A stretch of 50,397 nucleotides of DNA from a virus (taxonomy: Duplodnaviria > Caudoviricetes): IMG/VR virus record IMGVR_UViG_3300020374_000953, positions 1-50,397 of that record, one strand, 5' to 3'. The notes below the pieces were generated by a model. That model saw only the letters and a list, made by a program, of their open reading frames with translations. It did not search any database and was not told the DNA's origin. The translations under genes and the position numbers were made by a program. Of the stretch, positions 44,942 to 50,397 are shown one piece after another (within the stretch, counting starts at the first letter, position 1; every line of letters starts with the position of its first letter).

Positions 44942-45675
44942 ATAAATTTATTTTTGATGTTGACGGAACACTCACACCTAGTAGACAAGAGATTGATATG
45001 GACTTTGCTGTTTTCTTCACAGACTTCTGTGCTGAAAATGATGTATATCTCGTTACTGGAAGTGATAGAGAAAAAACAATAGAACAGGTAGGAGAGGAAA
45101 TATACAGTCTTGCTGACAGAGTTTATAACTGTTCAGGTAGCGATGTATGGGAAGGAAATGTAAATGTTTATACGAGTGATTGGCAAATACCAGAAGAAGC
45201 AGAATCGTGGTTGAAAGCTGAATGTAGATTAAGTGACTTTCCTTTACGAACAGGATTGCATATAGAAAATCGACCTGGTATGGTAAATTTTAGTGTTGTA
45301 GGACGTAATGCAACTATGGGTGAACGTAAAATGTATGTTGAATACGACACCAAAACAAAAGAAAGAATTAAGATTGCTAAAGAATTCCAAAAATTTTTTC
45401 CAGCCATACAAGCAGTGGTTGGTGGTGAAACTGGTATAGATATCTTTCCTTATGGTAAAGATAAAGCACAAATTGTAGAAGATTTTGATGAATTGAACGT
45501 TTCTTTACATTTTTTTGGTGATAGAATGGATCCGGCTGGAAATGATTACCCTTTGAAAAAAGTAATACTTGACAACAATTTAGGAACATGTTATAGTGTA
45601 GACGATTGGAAACACACATGGAAGCTACTAAAAAATATTTCCACGAAGTCTGGCCAGAAGAAGAAGCAATACTGA
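44935..45675 (+). CDS. HAD-IIB hydrolase, phosphomannomutase (PMM)-like
   Basis: FDVDGTLTPSR, VTGSD, RPGMVNFSVVGR, GGETGIDI, FFGDRMDPAGNDY. Confidence 0.85.
   Translation: MVDKFIFDVDGTLTPSRQEIDMDFAVFFTDFCAENDVYLVTGSDREKTIEQVGEEIYSLADRVYNCSGSDVWEGNVNVYTSDWQIPEEAESWLKAECRLSDFPLRTGLHIENRPGMVNFSVVGRNATMGERKMYVEYDTKTKERIKIAKEFQKFFPAIQAVVGGETGIDIFPYGKDKAQIVEDFDELNVSLHFFGDRMDPAGNDYPLKKVILDNNLGTCYSVDDWKHTWKLLKNISTKSGQKKKQY
45569..45597 (+). promoter_or_regulatory. Sigma70-type promoter upstream of uvsE
   Basis: TTGACA-17 nt-TATAGT with extended TG. Confidence 0.65.
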
Positions 45676-45728
45676 AGCAAGGCTTAGAATGGTCAAGACA
45701 AAGTAAGGCAGAGAGAACAAAAAAGAAA

Positions 45729-46748
45729 ATGACAAGACGTATAGGTTTTGCATGTAAGTACATGCACCCGGACCAAACCCAGAAAAAGAAACTGCTAGAA
45801 GAGATTCAGCGTCCACTAAATACTCGAAGCACAACAGTTGCTTGGTTAAACAGGCAAACAAAAGAAGTTGCTGAAGAACGTTTGTGGGATATCATGGTCC
45901 ACAACATTAAAAGTTATTACAACTTGATTGAGTATGTAGGAGGATTACCGAATGAACTTAGAATGGTTAGATTGGGAAGTGACGTCTTACCTGTTTATAC
46001 TGAGCCTACTTGGTCTTACTTCTGGCGCAAGCCTGATGTACGACAATATTGCGAAAGGCACTTTCCAAACGTCGGCGCAAAGGCTCGTGAACTGGATGTC
46101 AGGCTTTCTATGCATCCTGGTCAGTTTACTGTACTTGCGTCAGATAATCCTGATATCGTAGAGAGAAGTATAGAGGAGTTTGAATATCATGTTGATGTCG
46201 CCAGATGGATGGGCTTCGGCCAGCAATTCCAAGATTTTAAGATCAATGTCCACATCTCCGGCCGTAAGGGTCCAGCCGGTATCATCGACGTCTACCCAAG
46301 ATTATCTACGGAGGCGAGAAACACAATTACAATCGAAAACGACGAAAACTCGTGGGGCATCGAAGCAAGTTTGGAGTTACGAAAACACCTCGCATTGGTG
46401 CTTGACATACACCATCACTGGGTCAAAACAGGTGAATATATATTGCCCACCGACGATAGATTTTCTCGCATAGTAGACAGTTGGCGTGGTGTTCGTCCTG
46501 TCATACACTATTCGGTATCTCGTGAAGACATTTTAGTTGATCACGATTTAGATACATTACCAGACATGGAGAAGTTACTCGAACAAGGGTACAAAAAACA
46601 AAAACTTAGAGCACACTCTGATTACATGTGGAACAATGCAGTAAATGAATGGGCATTGTCCTTTAGAGACACCGCAGACATTATGGTAGAATCAAAAGCA
46701 AAGAATCTTGCTAGTATGAAACTACTAAATACTGTATGCGTTTCTTAG
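45729..46748 (+). CDS. uvsE: UV-damage endonuclease (start may be as early as 45618)
   Basis: RIGFACK, RLGSD, RLSMHPGQF, IENDE, LVLDIHHH, HYS, RAHSD, IMVESKAK. Confidence 0.92.
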   Translation: MTRRIGFACKYMHPDQTQKKKLLEEIQRPLNTRSTTVAWLNRQTKEVAEERLWDIMVHNIKSYYNLIEYVGGLPNELRMVRLGSDVLPVYTEPTWSYFWRKPDVRQYCERHFPNVGAKARELDVRLSMHPGQFTVLASDNPDIVERSIEEFEYHVDVARWMGFGQQFQDFKINVHISGRKGPAGIIDVYPRLSTEARNTITIENDENSWGIEASLELRKHLALVLDIHHHWVKTGEYILPTDDRFSRIVDSWRGVRPVIHYSVSREDILVDHDLDTLPDMEKLLEQGYKKQKLRAHSDYMWNNAVNEWALSFRDTADIMVESKAKNLASMKLLNTVCVS

Positions 46749-47296
46749 AATTACAAAATTGCAAAAGAACAAAAGCAAGTAAGTGTCAATGTTCTGATGT
46801 AGGTAAGTTGTCAGAAGATACTGAACAGCCTGTCTTTGCAATTTGTGAATTAGAACATTCTGATACTGTAAAAGGAACAATCTTATTCATGCAAAAATCT
46901 GGTTCACCTACTCTTATAAAGGGTACCATCAAAGGATTAGAACCAGGAGAGCATGGTTTTCATATACATGAATTTGGCGATTTAAGTCGTGGATGTGAAT
47001 CAGCAGGAGCACATTATAATCCAGACGGTGTTGATCATGGCAACCTCGAAAACGGCCATGTGGGCGACTTAGAAAATATTACAGCGAACGAGGATAGGAT
47101 TTCCGAATTTACTATTATAGCAAAAAGAGTAGATTTAATGGGAGATCGTAGTGTAATAGGTAGAGCAATCGTAGTTCATAGTGATCAGGATGATCTAGGT
47201 AAAGGTGGAGATGCAGAAAGCCTTAAAACAGGTAATGCAGGCGATAGATTAGCCTGCGGTGTTATTACCTTAACTAAAGGAGAAAACAATGATTAA
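46736..47296 (+). CDS. sodC: Cu/Zn superoxide dismutase
   Basis: HGFHIHEFGD, GCESAGAHYNP, HVGDL, GRAIVVH, TGNAGDRLACG. Confidence 0.95.
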   Translation: MRFLELQNCKRTKASKCQCSDVGKLSEDTEQPVFAICELEHSDTVKGTILFMQKSGSPTLIKGTIKGLEPGEHGFHIHEFGDLSRGCESAGAHYNPDGVDHGNLENGHVGDLENITANEDRISEFTIIAKRVDLMGDRSVIGRAIVVHSDQDDLGKGGDAESLKTGNAGDRLACGVITLTKGENND

Positions 47297-47456
47297 AAAA
47301 TGGGTAAAATCAAGAATTGAAGAACGTACTTCGTGGGATGGCGCGGCCTTAATCCTTATGGGTGTGTTAGTTCTTATCGCTGGTCCATTTGCAAAGTTGG
47401 CGGCCTACGCGGCTATCGCCTATGGTGCATGGACAATCTACAAAAAAGAGGATTAA
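47289..47456 (+). CDS. Small two-TM membrane protein (55 aa, holin-like size)
   Basis: AAGGAG RBS; ERTSWDGAALILMG...YGAWTIYKKED*. Confidence 0.65.
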   Translation: MIKKWVKSRIEERTSWDGAALILMGVLVLIAGPFAKLAAYAAIAYGAWTIYKKED

Positions 47457-47740
47457 AGTTCATCGATTGTGATGTCTGAATTTACAGGAAGATTTAATTT
47501 CTTCCTTTGCTCAACACCTTTTCTTTGAGCAAATCTTTTAGGGTCACAATCGGGGCAAACGTGGACATAAAAGTCGTCAAGTCTTTTAGGGTCCACTTTG
47601 CCCTTCTCTCTTTTAAATTCTTTATGGCATTCGTCACATTGAAAGATAACATAAGACCTAACACGTTTATATGGGTGGTTTTTTCCCTTCTTACTTTTAC
47701 GTAAATAAAAGCGTACTTCTTTTTCAATTCTTTTATACAT
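47453..47740 (-). CDS. Basic zinc-ribbon protein
   Basis: CDEC...CPDC; ATG 5 nt after minus-strand TAAATA. Confidence 0.72.
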   Translation of the reverse strand: MYKRIEKEVRFYLRKSKKGKNHPYKRVRSYVIFQCDECHKEFKREKGKVDPKRLDDFYVHVCPDCDPKRFAQRKGVEQRKKLNLPVNSDITIDEL

Positions 47741-47798
47741 ACTCATATTTAGTTACGTTAGGATTATAAAATATTATATAAATACATAGGAGCAGGTA

Positions 47799-48125
47799 AT
47801 GGGAAACATATTATTTTTAACAGAATCAGCCAAGGAACAAATGGTTAGTATGCTTGAAGAACACAATAAAAGTGCTGTAAGATTAGCACTAAAAGGCGGA
47901 GGTTGTGCAGGATTTAAGTATGATTGGTCTTTGGAAGATGAAACAAAAAATGACGATGAAGTGATAGAATTACCCAAAGGAAAATTTTTAATAGATCCGG
48001 CTAGCATCATGTATCTATTAGGATCAACAGTGGATTATAAAAAAGAAGTATTTGGCTCATACTTTGATATAAAGAATCCTACATCTACTTCAAGTTGTGG
48101 GTGTGGCGAATCAGTAGGATTTTAA
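47799..48125 (+). CDS. iscA: A-type Fe-S cluster assembly protein (IscA/HesB family)
   Basis: GGGCAGFKY, LLGSTVDY, SSCGCGESVGF. Confidence 0.93.
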   Translation: MGNILFLTESAKEQMVSMLEEHNKSAVRLALKGGGCAGFKYDWSLEDETKNDDEVIELPKGKFLIDPASIMYLLGSTVDYKKEVFGSYFDIKNPTSTSSCGCGESVGF

Positions 48126-48128
48126 AAT

Positions 48129-50397
48129 ATGGCAAAACAAGATATTTACTTAGGTGTTGAGGGTAACGACGGTACTGGTGATAGTATTCGTGAAGCCTTT
48201 AGAAAAGCAAACGAGAATTTTACGGAACTATATGCTGTCTTTGGACAAGGCGGAACAATTAGTTTTACTGCACTTAATGACACTCCTGCCGCAATTACAC
48301 CAGCCGGAGTATTAATAGGTAATTCTACAGGAACAGAACTAGTACAAAAAACACTTACAGCAGGAACTGGTATTAGCATTGATAATTCAAGTACAACTGC
48401 TATAACAATTACTAACACTGGTGCGAATATTAATGCTGATACAAGTCCTATACTTGGTGGACCATTAAGCGGAAACAATGTTTATGCAATAGGTAAGATA
48501 GGAACATCAACGGCTTCAATTGCAGAATTCAATTCAACACACGGATCCACTATTACTATTGATGATATTGTTGTAGATAAAAAATATCAGGATAAAAATT
48601 ATGCACCACATATTTTACATCAACCAACTAAACCTGTTTTAGCAAGGACTGAACCTACTGATGATACTGGATACACAAAAACTATATCAGAATATAGAAG
48701 TGGTAATCTTGTTATTAACAGTCATGGTTTTGACAATAGTATTAATGGTGCAACATGGAGATACACTACAACTGGTAGTGCTCCTAGCGGCTTAACAAAT
48801 AACACGGATTATTTTATTAGATTTGTTAATGATAGCCAAATAAGTTTACATTCATCTAAGTCAGAAGCACAAAACGACAATGATAATACAAGGGCAAAGG
48901 TTAATATTGCTTTAGGTTCAACTACTGCAATTACAGGACAAGATTTTATTAAGGATCAATCATATGATTCTGCACTTTATGGATTTTTCAAAGACGATGA
49001 AGTCCTTCCTAGGAAATCAAGTGTAAGAAGACAAGGCGATGATATGACTGGTGCATTGTACTTGCATGATCATCCAGGATATCTTGCAGGCACAACAGGT
49101 GATATATCTGAAAGGCAAGCGGCAACAAAACTTTATGTAGATAATTCTTCCTACGCAAGTACCACAGATTTATTTGTTACCAAACAGGGTGACGATAGCC
49201 AGGCAAATACGCCAGTAGGATTTGAGGGAAGAGGTTTAAGTTATGCTTTTGGAAGTTTAAAGGCGGCGGCACAAAAAGCACAGGAAATTATGGAATCAGC
49301 ACCAGTGGAACCAGGTGCATACAGACAAACAATAACATACGATCAAGGTAATGGCATTGCACTTGTTACGGGTGCAGAAACAAAAACACCAAATGCCGCG
49401 GCTAAGAATGCAGTTACATATCTACAAAAGAACAGACAATTTATTCAGCAAAGTGTAGTTGACTATGTTCAGGACTATTATCCTTCACATGATTTTGCCG
49501 CAACTAATGTACAAAATCCAAATGCAGAAGCACTTCTGTTTAAAAATAAAGCATTTATTCAAGAAGAAGTAACGGCTTGGATCAACTATCAAATTAATAC
49601 AGGTGCATCTGTTACATACAGCGACGGTACTGCCAACTACACAGGTTTCAAATACAGTTCTGCTAAATGTAAAAGAGATGTAGGTTATATTGTTGACGCT
49701 TGGATAAATGATTTATCCAGAGGTGGTAACATTGAAACACGTAGAATAGCATCAAGTTATCTAGCAGGTAATATTAATGCTGTCAAAGTTAATAATTCAA
49801 ATTCAAATAATACAGTTGACCAAATAGCACAAACAAATGCCGCGGTTGAATTTGCAAGAGATCTGGTGCAAAACTATGTTTTAAAAAATAAAGTTTATCC
49901 TACAAAACAAGGATACTTTCAGGCTACTGCAACAAACTTTCAACCAAACAGTTTTCAATTTTACATAGGAACTTCTTCATATGCAAATTCTTACGTAAAC
50001 GGTGGCACAGTTACAAAGTCAGACGGGACAGTTTTAAATGTAAGCAATTTCACATATGACTATACAACAGGTATTGCCACTGTCACTACTACCACAACAC
50101 ATGGTCTATCTATAAATGATACAGTATATCTAAAAGATATAAATGTATCTTGTACATATGATGGCGTAGTAACCAATAAAATTTATCCTGAGCATGTAGC
50201 ACAGGCTAATGCTGATCAGTTTACTGTTGAAGCAGGAACATACGGAAGTTCTGCTCCTGCAAGTACAACATTTGACATTTATGTAGGCCCTTCAAAGTAT
50301 GCACACACATACGTAAGTGGAGGTAAGGTTTACAAAGGACAAGCGTTCCTTACACCAACTAATGCAACCTATGACCCGGCAACGGGCGTGATGGTAG
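48129..50397 (+). CDS. Large virion structural protein (baseplate/tail-fiber-like), 3'-truncated
   Basis: N-terminal GVEGNDGTGDSIREAFRKANENFTELY; AATKLYVD; repeated (Y/H)xYVxGG and TYDxxTG modules; no stop seen where the frame was spot-checked, through the window end. Confidence 0.8.
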   Translation, partial: MAKQDIYLGVEGNDGTGDSIREAFRKANENFTELYAVFGQGGTISFTALNDTPAAITPAGVLIGNSTGTELVQKTLTAGTGISIDNSSTTAITITNTGANINADTSPILGGPLSGNNVYAIGKIGTSTASIAEFNSTHGSTITIDDIVVDKKYQDKNYAPHILHQPTKPVLARTEPTDDTGYTKTISEYRSGNLVINSHGFDNSINGATWRYTTTGSAPSGLTNNTDYFIRFVNDSQISLHSSKSEAQNDNDNTRAKVNIALGSTTAITGQDFIKDQSYDSALYGFFKDDEVLPRKSSVRRQGDDMTGALYLHDHPGYLAGTTGDISERQAATKLYVDNSSYASTTDLFVTKQGDDSQANTPVGFEGRGLSYAFGSLKAAAQKAQEIMESAPVEPGAYRQTITYDQGNGIALVTGAETKTPNAAAKNAVTYLQKNRQFIQQSVVDYVQDYYPSHDFAATNVQNPNAEALLFKNKAFIQEEVTAWINYQINTGASVTYSDGTANYTGFKYSSAKCKRDVGYIVDAWINDLSRGGNIETRRIASSYLAGNINAVKVNNSNSNNTVDQIAQTNAAVEFARDLVQNYVLKNKVYPTKQGYFQATATNFQPNSFQFYIGTSSYANSYVNGGTVTKSDGTVLNVSNFTYDYTTGIATVTTTTTHGLSINDTVYLKDINVSCTYDGVVTNKIYPEHVAQANADQFTVEAGTYGSSAPASTTFDIYVGPSKYAHTYVSGGKVYKGQAFLTPTNATYDPATGVMV

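Noticed and set aside
1-50397. Cellular (bacterial) chromosome origin suggested by many housekeeping genes
   Set aside because: Host-like genes are isolated from their usual operons and interspersed with virion genes, T4-like hypotheticals and TAAATA motifs, which fits a large phage
1-50397. Stop-codon reassignment
   Set aside because: Recognisable genes are full length in the standard code and end in TAA, TAG and TGA; no suppressor tRNA seen
1-50397. CRISPR array, IS element or integrase
   Set aside because: No regularly spaced direct repeats, and no transposase or recombinase motifs noticed by eye

Overview
An AT-rich, gene-dense, mostly + strand segment of a large lytic tailed phage (T4-like/jumbo myovirus style), most likely infecting a marine alphaproteobacterium. 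The host inference rests on the alpha-type permuted tmRNA, a ROSE-like thermometer, hemO/pcyX and bS21. The window holds probable virion proteins (both ends and near 4.7 kb and 41 kb), nucleotide and DNA metabolism (nrdAB, glutaredoxin, exonuclease, ATP-dependent ligase, guaC, uvsE) and three tRNAs (Trp-CCA, Arg-GCG, Thr-TGT). It also carries many host-like accessory genes: nfuA, iscA, cspA, Hc1-like, hemC, hemE, hemO-like, pcyX, rpsU, hsp20, clpS, clpP, peroxiredoxin, sodC, psiE, queD, a PMM-like HAD enzyme, and glycosyl- and methyltransferases. Highlights: (1) a circularly permuted two-piece tmRNA whose intervening segment contains a complete protein gene clamped by a 13-bp inverted repeat, with an unusually long 29-codon tag; (2) that embedded protein belongs to a dispersed five-member F-x5-C...C small-protein family; (3) a probable programmed -1 frameshift (A9G) extending a putative head protein; (4) a phage tetrapyrrole set (hemC, hemE, pcyX) whose heme oxygenase lacks the proximal His and the GGQ motif; (5) a TAAATA late-promoter motif often 4-6 nt before ATG, suggesting leaderless mRNAs. 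All family assignments come from recognising motifs by eye; no searches were run.
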